NCBI GenBank assembly: GCA_041288095.1
Contig: JBGGMJ010000197.1
Span: 1-64,000, forward strand
Reading direction: 5' to 3'
Origin: Myxococcota bacterium
Lineage (GTDB): Bacteria; Myxococcota; XYA12-FULL-58-9; JALHOP01
DNA: 64,000 nt
This document shows, in pieces, positions 23,255-32,596 of this stretch. The position numbers and the translations under genes were made by a program. A model generated the notes under the pieces. That model ran no database searches. It was not told the origin of the DNA and saw nothing but the letters and a program-made list of their open reading frames with translations. The first letter of the stretch is position 1. Every line of letters begins with the position of its first letter.

Positions 23255-23878
23255 TTAGCGGATATGTTTCTCGATGGTTTTCAACACGTCGATGCGGTGC
23301 ACCAAATCACTCAAGTAGTCGAGCTGATCGGTCTCGAGCATGATCACCGGGGAGCGCTTGTAGCTCGCAAACCACCCTTCATAGAGCTCGTTCAAGGCCT
23401 TCAAGTAGCTCGCGGGTATGCTTTGCTCTTCCGGGCGGCCACGCAGCTTGATGCGCTTGTTGATCGTCCGCAGCGAGGCCTTCAAATAGATCATCAAGTC
23501 GGGCGGCTTGAGCGACGTGAGGATGGTCTCGTAGAGCTCGCGGTACATCCGCCAGTCACGCTTGTTGATGAGCCGGCGGCGGTAGAGATTCGCCGCGAAG
23601 ATCTCGGCGTCTTCGTAGATGGTGCGGTCCTGGACCACGGTGCGCTGGCCACGCTCGAGCTCGAGCTGCTGGTGGATGCGGAACTTGTGGGTGAGAAAGT
23701 AGATCTGCGAGTGGAAGCCCCACTTCTTCATGTCCTCGTAGAAGTCGACGATGTACGGATTCTCGGCGTTGGGCTCGAAGAAGGGTTGCACGCCGTACTG
23801 GCGGCAGATGAAGTCGACGAGCGTGCTCTTGCCGCAGCCGATGTTGCCGGCGACCGCGATGTAGCGTGGCGTGCTCAA
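23255..23878 (-). CDS. Deoxynucleoside kinase
   Basis: IAVAGNIGCGKST, FFEP...NPY, QDRTIYED, PDLMIYL, RIKLRGR. Coupled to the glpK stop. Confidence 0.92.
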   Translation of the reverse strand: MSTPRYIAVAGNIGCGKSTLVDFICRQYGVQPFFEPNAENPYIVDFYEDMKKWGFHSQIYFLTHKFRIHQQLELERGQRTVVQDRTIYEDAEIFAANLYRRRLINKRDWRMYRELYETILTSLKPPDLMIYLKASLRTINKRIKLRGRPEEQSIPASYLKALNELYEGWFASYKRSPVIMLETDQLDYLSDLVHRIDVLKTIEKHIR

Positions 23879-25362
23879 GCTTTGGCTACCGCGGTTTGCC
23901 AGCGTGCGATTGTCTGTTTTAGCGAATCGTCATGCGCGCGCGGCTCGTACGTCTTGTCGATGGCCCATACGCGCGCCACCTCTTCGGGTCCGTTCAAGAT
24001 GCCGGCACCAATCGCCGCGAGATAGGCGGCCCCGAGCGCCGTGGTATCGAGCACCGTCGGCCGGTGCAGCTGGACACCCAAGAGGTCGGCCTGGAACTGC
24101 ATCAGCAGGTCGTTGGCGGCGGCGCCGCCGTCGACGCGCAGCACGGAGATTGGTCGGTTCGCATCACCGCGCATGGCGCCGAGCAGGTCGTACACCTGCA
24201 ATGCAATACCCTCGAGCGTGGCACGGGCGATGTGCGCCTTGGTGGTGCCGCGAGTAATGCCGGTGATGATGCCGCGGGCGTCCGGGTTCCAGTGCGGCGC
24301 CCCAAGGCCCGAGAGCGCCGGCACGACGGTGACGCCGCCGTTGTCCGGCACCTGCGCCGCGAGCCCTTCGATCTCCGAGCTGTCGTTGATGAGGCGAAGG
24401 CCGTCGCGCAACCACTGCACGGCGGCGCCGGCGATGAAGACGCTGCCCTCGAGCGCGTAGGTGACCTTGTCGCCGATCTGCCAGGCAATCGTCGTGAGCA
24501 AGCCCCGGCTCGAGACCATGGGCTTGTCGCCAATGTTGACCAGGGCGAAGGCGCCGGTGCCGTAGGTGCACTTGGCCATCCCGACCTCGAAGCAGGCCTG
24601 GCCAAAGAGCGCGGCGTGCTGGTCGCCGGCGATGCCGGTGATGGGAATGCCGTCGGGCAAGAAGTCGAGGCCGCGGGTCATGCCGACGCGACCCGCGGAT
24701 GGGACGACGCGCGGCAAGAGCGAGCGTGGGATGCCGCCCAGGAGGGTGAGCAGCTCGTCCGAGAAGGCCCGGCTGTGGATGTCGAAGAGTAGGGTGCGCG
24801 AGGCGTTGGTGACGTCGGTGGCGTGCTCCGTCCCGTTCGTGAGTTTCCAGATTAACCAGCTATCCATGGTGCCGAAGCGAAGCTCGCCTTTTGCGGCGCG
24901 CTTGGCGAGCGTGGCGTCGTGCTCGAGCATCCAGGCGAGCTTGGTCCCGGAGAAGTACGGATCGAGGACGAGGCCGGTGCGGGCGCGGACGTGCTCCTCG
25001 TGGCCCAAGCGCTTGAGCTCGGCGCAGCGCTCGGCGGTGCGGCGATCCTGCCAAACGATGGCCCGGCCCGCGGGCTTACCCACCGTGTCCCACAGGCCGG
25101 TGGTCTCGCGCTGGTTGGTGATGCCGATGCAGGCGATCTCCCGGCCCTGCACGCGCGCCTTGGTGAGCGCCTGGGTGATGGCGGTGGCGGTGGCGGTCCA
25201 GATTTCGTCGAGGTCGTGCTCGACCCAGCCGGCTTTAGGGAAGTGCTGGGGGATCTCGGCGTAGCCGCGCGCCACGACGCGTGTCGCGGCTCCGTCGATC
25301 GCCACCGCCAGGACGGTGGAACCGGTGGTTCCCTGATCGATCGCGAGGACCATCTTGGCCAT
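23875..25362 (-). CDS. glpK: Glycerol kinase
   Basis: AIDQGTTGS, GITNQRETT, DPYFSGTK, TDVTNASRT, KCTYGTG, VDGGA. Confidence 0.97.
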   Translation of the reverse strand: MAKMVLAIDQGTTGSTVLAVAIDGAATRVVARGYAEIPQHFPKAGWVEHDLDEIWTATATAITQALTKARVQGREIACIGITNQRETTGLWDTVGKPAGRAIVWQDRRTAERCAELKRLGHEEHVRARTGLVLDPYFSGTKLAWMLEHDATLAKRAAKGELRFGTMDSWLIWKLTNGTEHATDVTNASRTLLFDIHSRAFSDELLTLLGGIPRSLLPRVVPSAGRVGMTRGLDFLPDGIPITGIAGDQHAALFGQACFEVGMAKCTYGTGAFALVNIGDKPMVSSRGLLTTIAWQIGDKVTYALEGSVFIAGAAVQWLRDGLRLINDSSEIEGLAAQVPDNGGVTVVPALSGLGAPHWNPDARGIITGITRGTTKAHIARATLEGIALQVYDLLGAMRGDANRPISVLRVDGGAAANDLLMQFQADLLGVQLHRPTVLDTTALGAAYLAAIGAGILNGPEEVARVWAIDKTYEPRAHDDSLKQTIARWQTAVAKA

Positions 25363-25412
25363 GCCGACGGGTCTACTACCCTTGCTCTTTCGCGAGCAAT
25401 CCCCGTAGCATC

Positions 25413-27284
25413 ATGGATATGTCGCGCAGTGCAGTATCGGCGCCGACGCGGCCGACTTCGCTGGTGTTCTTGCTGGCAAGCAGCCGCGACGTGATCGAAG
25501 AGGTGGCGAGCTCGCTCGCTATTGCGGACAACCCCGTCGAGATCCACGTCCTCCACGATCGCGGACGACTGGACGCGCACCTGGCGCGGGTCACTCCCGA
25601 CATCGTCATCCTCGACCGCCAAAGCTTCAGCGGCGCCGAGAATCTGCTCACCACGGGTCCATTGGCGGGCACACCGACCTTGGTGCTCGACGACCAGGTC
25701 GACACCTCGGCGCAGCAAGCCGTCATCACCGCCGGCGCACGCGCGTACCTGCCGCGCTCGCCGCAACGTGGTCACGCCCTTCGCGACGCCATCAACGCGG
25801 CGAACCGCCGACCCGCCCTCGACCGCAAGCTCGAGGAAACGCAGCGGCACTTCCATTCCATTCTCGAGGCATCGAGCGACGGCATCATGGTGCTCGTCGA
25901 CGGGCGCTTCCAGTACGTCAACAGCGCCTTCGCCTCCGCCTTGGGCTACGACGCCGCCGAGCTGGGCGAATTCGGTACCTTGGTCGCCGAGGGCAGCCGT
26001 GATGCCGCGCACGACGCCCTCGGGCGCGTCGCCATGAGCGCGGGCTCGCGCGACATCTTCGAGACCGTGCTCCTCGCGAGGGATGGCCGTCAGGTGCGCT
26101 TCGAGATCGCTTGCCGCACCTCGACCCTCGACGGACACCGGGCCGTGGTCGGTGTCGCCCGCGACGTCACCGCGGTCCGCGAGCTACAAGGCGAGATCGA
26201 GCGTTCGCGCCAGCGCGCCGCCCATGTCGAGCGCTTACGTGCCCTGGGCGAGCTCGCCGCCGGCGTCGCCCACGACTTCAACAATGCGCTCGAGGCCATC
26301 CTCGGCCGTATCACCATGGCACGCACCCACATGGAACGCGGCGAGTCCGCTGAAACGGACATTGCGGTCATCGAAGCCGCCGCCAAAGACGCGGTCGAGA
26401 CCGTCAAGCGCATCCGCGAATTCACGCGACCCTCGCACGATACGACGTGGAGCGATTGCGATCTCGGTATGCTCGCGCGCACCGCCTTCGAGCTGGTGCG
26501 CAGCCGGGCGCATGGCGCGGTGAAGGTGGACCTCGAGGTGGAGCCCACCCTGCCGGTGCGGGGCAACGCCGCCGAGTTGCGTGAAGTGATCATGAACCTG
26601 GTTTCGAACGCCTTCGACGCGGTCGGCGAGCGCGGCAACATTTGCATCCGCACCTGTCAGGAGCATGGCGCGGCCACCGTGATCGTCGAAGACGACGGCC
26701 CGGGCATGCCCGACGAGCTGCAGAAACGCATCTTCGAGCCGTTCTTCAGCACCAAAGGTGAGCACGGCACCGGCCTCGGCTTGTCGGTCAGCCAAGGCAT
26801 CCTGCGGCGGCACGACGCGCACCTCGAGGTCGAGAGCAGCGTGGGGGCGGGCTCGCGCTTCCGCATGGTCTTCGCCCCTCCCCCGCAGCTCGCGCCGGCA
26901 CCACCGCTGCAAGCACGACCTGCGCACCTGCGCGTCCTCGTGGTCGACGATGATCCCAACGTCGCCGACCTGCTGCGCGACGTCCTCGGCGAGCAGGGCC
27001 ACGACGTCGGTCTGGCGAGCAGCATCGAAGACGCGCTCGCCTGGCTCGACGACAACCGTTGCGACGTCCTTGTAACCGACCTCGACTTACGCGGCACGAG
27101 CGGCTGGAAGCTGGCGCGCAAGGTTCGCGAAACGCACCCGAGCATCGTCATTGGGCTCATCACCGGTTGGCCGCTAGGAGCCCCCGATGGCGAGCTGAGG
27201 GCCCGTGGTGTCGACTTCGTGCTCACCAAGCCGTTCACCGCGGAAGCCTTGCTCGAGGCCATTGCGCGCAGGACTCACGGCTAG
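25413..27284 (+). CDS. Hybrid sensor histidine kinase (degenerate REC - PAS - HisKA - HATPase - REC)
   Basis: H-box VAHDFNN, N-box NLVSNAFDA, DDGPGM, FEPFFSTK and GTGLGL. C-terminal receiver VLVVDDD...VTD...KPF. Confidence 0.92.
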   Translation: MDMSRSAVSAPTRPTSLVFLLASSRDVIEEVASSLAIADNPVEIHVLHDRGRLDAHLARVTPDIVILDRQSFSGAENLLTTGPLAGTPTLVLDDQVDTSAQQAVITAGARAYLPRSPQRGHALRDAINAANRRPALDRKLEETQRHFHSILEASSDGIMVLVDGRFQYVNSAFASALGYDAAELGEFGTLVAEGSRDAAHDALGRVAMSAGSRDIFETVLLARDGRQVRFEIACRTSTLDGHRAVVGVARDVTAVRELQGEIERSRQRAAHVERLRALGELAAGVAHDFNNALEAILGRITMARTHMERGESAETDIAVIEAAAKDAVETVKRIREFTRPSHDTTWSDCDLGMLARTAFELVRSRAHGAVKVDLEVEPTLPVRGNAAELREVIMNLVSNAFDAVGERGNICIRTCQEHGAATVIVEDDGPGMPDELQKRIFEPFFSTKGEHGTGLGLSVSQGILRRHDAHLEVESSVGAGSRFRMVFAPPPQLAPAPPLQARPAHLRVLVVDDDPNVADLLRDVLGEQGHDVGLASSIEDALAWLDDNRCDVLVTDLDLRGTSGWKLARKVRETHPSIVIGLITGWPLGAPDGELRARGVDFVLTKPFTAEALLEAIARRTHG

Positions 27285-27323
27285 GACCGTCCAAGCCTGC
27301 CCTCGGGACATCCCCGGAACCAG

Positions 27324-27349
27324 GGAACACTCGGCGGATTTGCCGATAC
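27324..27349 (+). promoter_or_regulatory. sigma28-like promoter motif GGAAC-N13-GCCGATAC
   Basis: GGAAC ACTCGGCGGATTT GCCGATAC, ending 8 nt before ATG 27358. Confidence 0.6.
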
Positions 27350-27357
27350 TGGAGCCG

Positions 27358-27813
27358 ATGTTCGACATCGGCCCACCGCCCCCTCCGTCACAGCCCAAGC
27401 CGGCTGCTCCCCGCGAGCTGGCGGTGTCGACGCTCTTGCCCCGGCAGGCCGTCGTGAAGGTCGCCGAGCCGCCCAAGGACGTCGTTCAAGTCCTGCTCCA
27501 ACCGCCGCCCGAGCCGCCGGTCCCCGGCACCTTCTTGGGGCCGCTCACCGTGCGCGTCGACAACGCCCTGAAGCCGGTGCTGCGCCTCGGACCGCCTCTG
27601 ATCTTTCTGGCCGGCACCGCCGCCGGCGCGCTGGCCTGCGTGGCCGCGGGGAGCATCGCGGCCCTCGCCGGCTACGATCCACAGCCTTTCTTCGCCGCCA
27701 CGGAATACGCAATGCCGGCCGGCACCATTGGCTTGCCCGCTGCCCTGATCTTCATCGGCTTTCGCGCCGAGGCGGTTCGTAGGCGCTATCGCGACGCTGG
27801 ACGCATCATTTAG
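27358..27813 (+). CDS. Orphan protein with a Pro-rich N-terminus and a bilobed hydrophobic domain
   Basis: 151 aa, starting MFDIGPPPPPSQ. Two hydrophobic lobes followed by a basic tail. Confidence 0.7.
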   Translation: MFDIGPPPPPSQPKPAAPRELAVSTLLPRQAVVKVAEPPKDVVQVLLQPPPEPPVPGTFLGPLTVRVDNALKPVLRLGPPLIFLAGTAAGALACVAAGSIAALAGYDPQPFFAATEYAMPAGTIGLPAALIFIGFRAEAVRRRYRDAGRII

Positions 27814-27854
27814 CCCTGTCCGGGCCCGCTTCGAAGCAGCCGAGCCCGCGTAGC

Positions 27855-30317
27855 TTAGCTCAGCAGCTTCTGCGCGACCTCGAGAGCCTTGCGCGTGCGC
27901 ACGAGGATCTCCGCCGTGCGTTGACGCTCTTGGCCAGCGGTGTCGTGGGCATCGAGCGCCTTTTGGTGCTCCTCTTCGAGCTGCGCTTCCAGCTCGGTGA
28001 TGCGCCCCTTGTTCTGCTCGGCGGTGGCGCGCAGCTTGCTGATCGCCTCGTCGCGCAGCTTCACGCTGTTGGTGAGCTCGCCGGTGCTCTCGTGCATGCT
28101 CTGCTCGAGCTCCTTGGCTTGCTCGCGTGCCGCCTCGAGCTCGCCGTTGAGCTCCTTGACGCGCGCGCGTTGACCAGCGACGTCGTCTTGCAACGTCGAG
28201 ATCGACGACTCGCGGTCGGAGATGGTTGCCTCGAGCTCCTCTGCCTTGCGCTGAAGCTCGCTGATGCGCGCGTCCCGACCCTCGATGGTTTGGGTCATCT
28301 CGCCGACCTTGGTGTCGGTCTCGGCGCGCAGATCGCTGATGTCGGTGCGCAAGGCTTCGAGGTCGCCCGTTAGCCGGTCGATCTGCGTATCGCGATCCGC
28401 GATAGCGGCCTTTTGCTGTTCCACCGCGTTCTTGAGCTTCCCGATCGCTTGATCCCGGAGCTCGATGTCGGCGTGTGCCTGATCGCGCTCGCCCTGCAAC
28501 GCCGTGTACTCGTCGTTGCGGGTGCCAATCTCCTTGGTGAGCGCCTCGATCTGCTCTTGCTTCGCGGCGATCTCGCTGTCGCTCTCCCTCTTGAGCTCGG
28601 CGAGCTGATTCTCGAGACCGGCGATGGTGTCATCGCGCTCGGCGATGGCGGCCCGCTGGGTCTCGATGGCGTTCTTGAGCTTGTCGATGGCGGCGTCGCG
28701 GGCTCCGACTTCGTCGTCGAGCTTTGTCTGGAGCTCGACGCGCTGGCGGTCCGCCTCTTCGCGCATCGCGGCTTTTTCGCCCTCGTAGCGCTCCGTAAGC
28801 TGTTGCCGCTCGGCGGCGGCTTCGTTGCGCGCATCGGAGAGATCGGTCTCGGCCGCCTCTTTGAGGTTGCCGAGCTCGGTCTCGTACCGCTGCTTGAGCG
28901 ACGTGAGCTCGCTCGAGTGTTTGCTCTCGAGCGACGCCACCGTTTGCTCGAGCTTGGTTTCGAGCGCGTTGACCTGGTTTTCGTTCTTGCTCTCGAGGAC
29001 CGCGAGCTCGCCTTCGTGCTTCTGGCGCAGCGCCGTGAGGGCGCTCTCGTGGTTCTCTTTGACCTGCGCCATCTCGCCTTCGTAGGCTTCCCTGGTCGAA
29101 GACAGCTCCGACGAGGTCTGATCGCGTAGGGCCTCGAGCTCGCCTTGGCTCCTCTCGCGCAGCGCGGTGAGCTCACCCTCGTACTTGTCGGTGAGCGTGC
29201 GCACCTGCAGCGCAGCATCGTCCTTGGTCTGCGAGATCTCGGCCGAGCTCGACGCGCGAAGGTTTTCGAGCTCGCTGTTGAGCGCCGCGACCTGACCCTC
29301 GAGGTCCATCTGATTGCGGGTGGCCTCGTCGGTCGCCTGCGATAGCTGGGTCGAGATGCCGTCGATCTGCTCGTCGCGCTCGATGATCGCGGTCTTCTGG
29401 GTCTCGATGGTCGACTTGAGCTTGTCGATGGCCTCGTTGCGCACCGCGATGTCACGCTCGAGCGTGTCGCGGGTGTCGAGCAGCTCCTGACGAACGTGCT
29501 CGAGCTCGATGCTCAGATCGCCTTGCTTGGTCTCGAGGTCCTGGATGCGCTCGTCGCGCGTCTGGATTTCGCGGCCGGCAGTCGACTGATCGCGCTGGGC
29601 GGTGTCACGGGTCTGCTCGAGCTCCCCAGTGAGGGCATCGATCTGACCAGCGAGACCGCGGATCTCGTTGTCTTTCTCGTTGATCTCGGCGTCGAGCTTC
29701 TCTTGGAAGCCGGCGATCTGCGCCTTGAGGTCCCGCTCGGCCTGATCTTTCTGGGCGAAGGCGGCTTGCACCTTCTGGCCGTAAGCTTCGAACTCGCGCT
29801 TCTTCTGGTCGAGGAATTGCTCGAGGGCGGCGAGCTTCTGGGTGAGCTCGGTGGTCTTGCCGGACTCGCCCTCGGCCTTGTTGCGCTCTTGCTCCATGAG
29901 CGCTTCGAGGACGTCCATTTCCTTGTCGCGGACCTGCCAGGCCTCGCGGAAACGGGCCGTACTGGCCTCGGAGCGCTTGAGCTTCTCGCGGAAGTATTCG
30001 ACTTTTTCCTCGAGGCCGCCCCGGCCCGCGGGTACCGCGGCGGTGTCGGTCACGAAGAGGTCGTCAAAATTGGTGCGGCCGTTCCACTGGGTCGGCAGCG
30101 TGCCGGTGTCCTTGGTGGTCGAACGGCGTGCCGGCCTGCGCGGTGGCGGCGGCGGCCCCGGTGGACCGGCGGATGGACCAGCCTCCCCACCGTCAGCGGA
30201 CATCGTGGGCGTAGCTGCGCCGTCGGATTCACCGTTCGTCGCGGCTTGCTTCTGCTTGTGAGACAGACCATCGAGAGCTGCGTCCAGCTCGTCGAGATCG
30301 AGGCCTGCGCCTCCCAT
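27855..30317 (-). CDS. Long coiled-coil protein (820 aa) with internal repeats
   Basis: Continuous E/K/Q/L-rich heptad pattern. ATG 30317 has a GGGAG RBS and a promoter just upstream. Confidence 0.85.
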   Translation of the reverse strand: MGGAGLDLDELDAALDGLSHKQKQAATNGESDGAATPTMSADGGEAGPSAGPPGPPPPPRRPARRSTTKDTGTLPTQWNGRTNFDDLFVTDTAAVPAGRGGLEEKVEYFREKLKRSEASTARFREAWQVRDKEMDVLEALMEQERNKAEGESGKTTELTQKLAALEQFLDQKKREFEAYGQKVQAAFAQKDQAERDLKAQIAGFQEKLDAEINEKDNEIRGLAGQIDALTGELEQTRDTAQRDQSTAGREIQTRDERIQDLETKQGDLSIELEHVRQELLDTRDTLERDIAVRNEAIDKLKSTIETQKTAIIERDEQIDGISTQLSQATDEATRNQMDLEGQVAALNSELENLRASSSAEISQTKDDAALQVRTLTDKYEGELTALRERSQGELEALRDQTSSELSSTREAYEGEMAQVKENHESALTALRQKHEGELAVLESKNENQVNALETKLEQTVASLESKHSSELTSLKQRYETELGNLKEAAETDLSDARNEAAAERQQLTERYEGEKAAMREEADRQRVELQTKLDDEVGARDAAIDKLKNAIETQRAAIAERDDTIAGLENQLAELKRESDSEIAAKQEQIEALTKEIGTRNDEYTALQGERDQAHADIELRDQAIGKLKNAVEQQKAAIADRDTQIDRLTGDLEALRTDISDLRAETDTKVGEMTQTIEGRDARISELQRKAEELEATISDRESSISTLQDDVAGQRARVKELNGELEAAREQAKELEQSMHESTGELTNSVKLRDEAISKLRATAEQNKGRITELEAQLEEEHQKALDAHDTAGQERQRTAEILVRTRKALEVAQKLLS

Positions 30318-30348
30318 GCCAACTCCCGTAGCAATGAGACTTCGGCCG

Positions 30349-30376
30349 AGTCTATCAGCCCCCGGGGGGCTGTCAA
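30349..30376 (-). promoter_or_regulatory. sigma70 promoter TTGACA-N16-TAGACT with a palindromic spacer
   Basis: Hexamers read directly; inverted repeat CAGCCCCC-G-GGGGGCTG at 30356-30372. Confidence 0.6.
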
Positions 30377-30438
30377 ACCGAACAACCCACATTGCGCGCA
30401 CTACACGCTGATTTCTCCGCGTGCTAAGGGGCCGCGCT

Positions 30439-31824
30439 ATGGTGAACGTTCGGCCCGAATTGCCCCGCGTCGTCCTCGTTGGGGTGCAGATCGACGGCGT
30501 CAGCGACGTCGAGCATGCGGCGCATCTCGCCGAGCTAGGCCGCCTATGCAGCACGCTGGGGTGGCGCGTCGTCGCCACGGTGACGCAAAAGCGGCAAGCG
30601 CTGTCGCGCGGCAACGTCTTGGGCGAAGGCAAGCTGCAAGAGCTCGCGAAGATCACCGGGGGCACCGGCGTCGTCGGCTCACGCGCACCCAAGCGAACGT
30701 CGAAGGCCAAGGAGAAGTGGCAAGCCGACGGAGAAGACGACAGCGCTGAGACCGCTGAAGCGGACAACGCCGAAGCGGACGAATCCGATGGCGGCGTGGA
30801 GACCAACGGCGAGCAGGCCACGATGGTCGTCGTCGACCACGAGCTGTCGCCCAACCAACTCTCGAACCTCGAGCGCGCGACCGGCGTCTCCGCCATGGAC
30901 CGCAGCGGCGTCATCGTCGAGATCTTCCACCGCCACGCCCGCAGCCGCGAAGCTCGCTTGCAGGTCGAGATAGCCCGCCTCAATTACTTGGCGCCGCGCT
31001 TGCGCGAGTCAGCCGGATCCTCCGAGCGCCAGCAAGGACGCGGAGCTGGTGACACCGCGGTCGAGCTCGATCGCCGGCGCATCCGTGATCGGCTGGCGGA
31101 GCTACGTCGGGAGCTCGACTCCATCTCCGGCGACCAAGCAAATCGGCGCTTCGCGCGCCGCGATCAGCTGCGCGTCGCGTTGGTCGGCTACACCAATGCC
31201 GGCAAGTCGTCGTTGCTGCGCGCGTTGACCGGCAGCGAGGTGCTCGTCGCCGATCAGCTCTTCGCGACCCTCGACACCACGGTGCGCGCGCTCCATCCCG
31301 AGACCAAGCCACGCATTCTCGTGTCGGACACGGTCGGGTTCATCCAGAAGCTACCGCACGATCTGGTGGCGTCGTTTCGCTCGACGCTCGACGAGGCGAT
31401 GGAGGCTTCACTCTTGCTGTACGTCGTCGATGCGTCGGACCCGACCTTCGAGAATCAGCTCGCGGTGACGCACGACGTGCTCGGTGAGATCGGTGCCTCC
31501 GAGGTGCCGAGCAGGCTGTTGTTGAACAAGGTCGATCGCCTGAGCGCCGAGCAGAAGGATGATCTGCGCCGCCGTTACCCTGATGCGATCCAGCTATCGG
31601 CGCATGCCAAGGAAGACGTCGCGCGCTTGCGCGAGCACATCATCGCTTACTTCGAGGAAGCGATGCTCGAAGAGGATTTGCTCATTCCTTATTCGCGCCA
31701 GCAGAACATCTCCGAGATCTACGCCAACGCGCGGGTCATCTCGGAGAGCTTCGATGAAGAGGGGCGAACGCTGCGGGTGCGGGCGTTGCCGGCGGCTTTG
31801 GCGAAGTTGCGGTTGCTGGCTTGA
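30439..31824 (+). CDS. hflX: Ribosome-splitting GTPase HflX
   Basis: IFHRHARSREARLQVE, VGYTNAGKSS, LFATLDTT, DTVGFI, NKVD. Confidence 0.95.
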   Translation: MVNVRPELPRVVLVGVQIDGVSDVEHAAHLAELGRLCSTLGWRVVATVTQKRQALSRGNVLGEGKLQELAKITGGTGVVGSRAPKRTSKAKEKWQADGEDDSAETAEADNAEADESDGGVETNGEQATMVVVDHELSPNQLSNLERATGVSAMDRSGVIVEIFHRHARSREARLQVEIARLNYLAPRLRESAGSSERQQGRGAGDTAVELDRRRIRDRLAELRRELDSISGDQANRRFARRDQLRVALVGYTNAGKSSLLRALTGSEVLVADQLFATLDTTVRALHPETKPRILVSDTVGFIQKLPHDLVASFRSTLDEAMEASLLLYVVDASDPTFENQLAVTHDVLGEIGASEVPSRLLLNKVDRLSAEQKDDLRRRYPDAIQLSAHAKEDVARLREHIIAYFEEAMLEEDLLIPYSRQQNISEIYANARVISESFDEEGRTLRVRALPAALAKLRLLA

Positions 31825-31852
31825 AGTGAGGGGGCTCGAGAAGCTCGTGTCC

Positions 31853-32596
31853 CTACCCTTCAATCCGCTCCGGCACCAACGCCGCTGGCGCCTCCAACAC
31901 GAACACCGACGCATCCAACTCCGGATCGATCGTCAGATCCTTGAGCCTGATCTCAATATCCACTTTAGCGGACGGCACCCGCATATGCAGCCGCGTCGGA
32001 ATCCCCGAGCCATCATGATCCCCAACCTCGACATCCGACAGCACCACCTCGCCGCGTAGGGCCTGCAGCCGCTTCACATGGCCGGTCGCCGGATCCACGA
32101 ATACCTGCCGCGTGACCTCGTCTTCAGTCCAGCGCGCCGCCCAAAGCGTCCCGCGCGCGCCGAGCTCGGCACCAGCCGGCACCGGGATGTCGCCGAAGAG
32201 CATGCCGACCCAAGCTGCCGCCGATTGATGTAGCGGCGCGAACTGCATGAGCTTGTCCAAGGTGTCCGGAGTCGCCGGGCCGTAAACGAAGCGGTTGTTT
32301 TGGAAGTCGAGCAGCTGCAGCTCGAAGCCGTTGGTCGCGAAGGCCTGGATGACCCCTTCGTGCGGCCCATGGAGCTCGTAGCGCATCGATGCCGGGCGGA
32401 CGACGGCCAAGGTGGCGCCGGCCTTGGCGCGGCCTTCCTTGCCGAAATAGGTGATGCGCACGTCGGCGCTGAATGCCTTGTGCGGTGAGCGTCCCCGTTG
32501 CATCGCGTCCGCCATGACGGCCACCGAGGGCGGCGGCTTGACGTTTGGGGCACAGGCGGCGGCGAGTACGGCGGCGACGAAGACGATACGTTTCAT
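31853..32596 (-). CDS. Lipoprotein with a LolB/DUF4292-like fold
   Basis: Lipobox LAAAC, beta-rich RPASMRYELHGP region, and a LolA/LolB-type C-terminus (DASVFVLEAP). Coupled to a TPR gene. Confidence 0.55.
   Translation of the reverse strand: MKRIVFVAAVLAAACAPNVKPPPSVAVMADAMQRGRSPHKAFSADVRITYFGKEGRAKAGATLAVVRPASMRYELHGPHEGVIQAFATNGFELQLLDFQNNRFVYGPATPDTLDKLMQFAPLHQSAAAWVGMLFGDIPVPAGAELGARGTLWAARWTEDEVTRQVFVDPATGHVKRLQALRGEVVLSDVEVGDHDGSGIPTRLHMRVPSAKVDIEIRLKDLTIDPELDASVFVLEAPAALVPERIEG

Noticed and set aside
27814..27854. Possible terminator between convergent genes
   Set aside because: The stem is imperfect and there is no T-run.
30318..30983. 222-aa N-terminal extension of the coiled-coil ORF in the ORF track
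   Set aside because: It is antisense to hflX. A promoter and RBS support ATG 30317.
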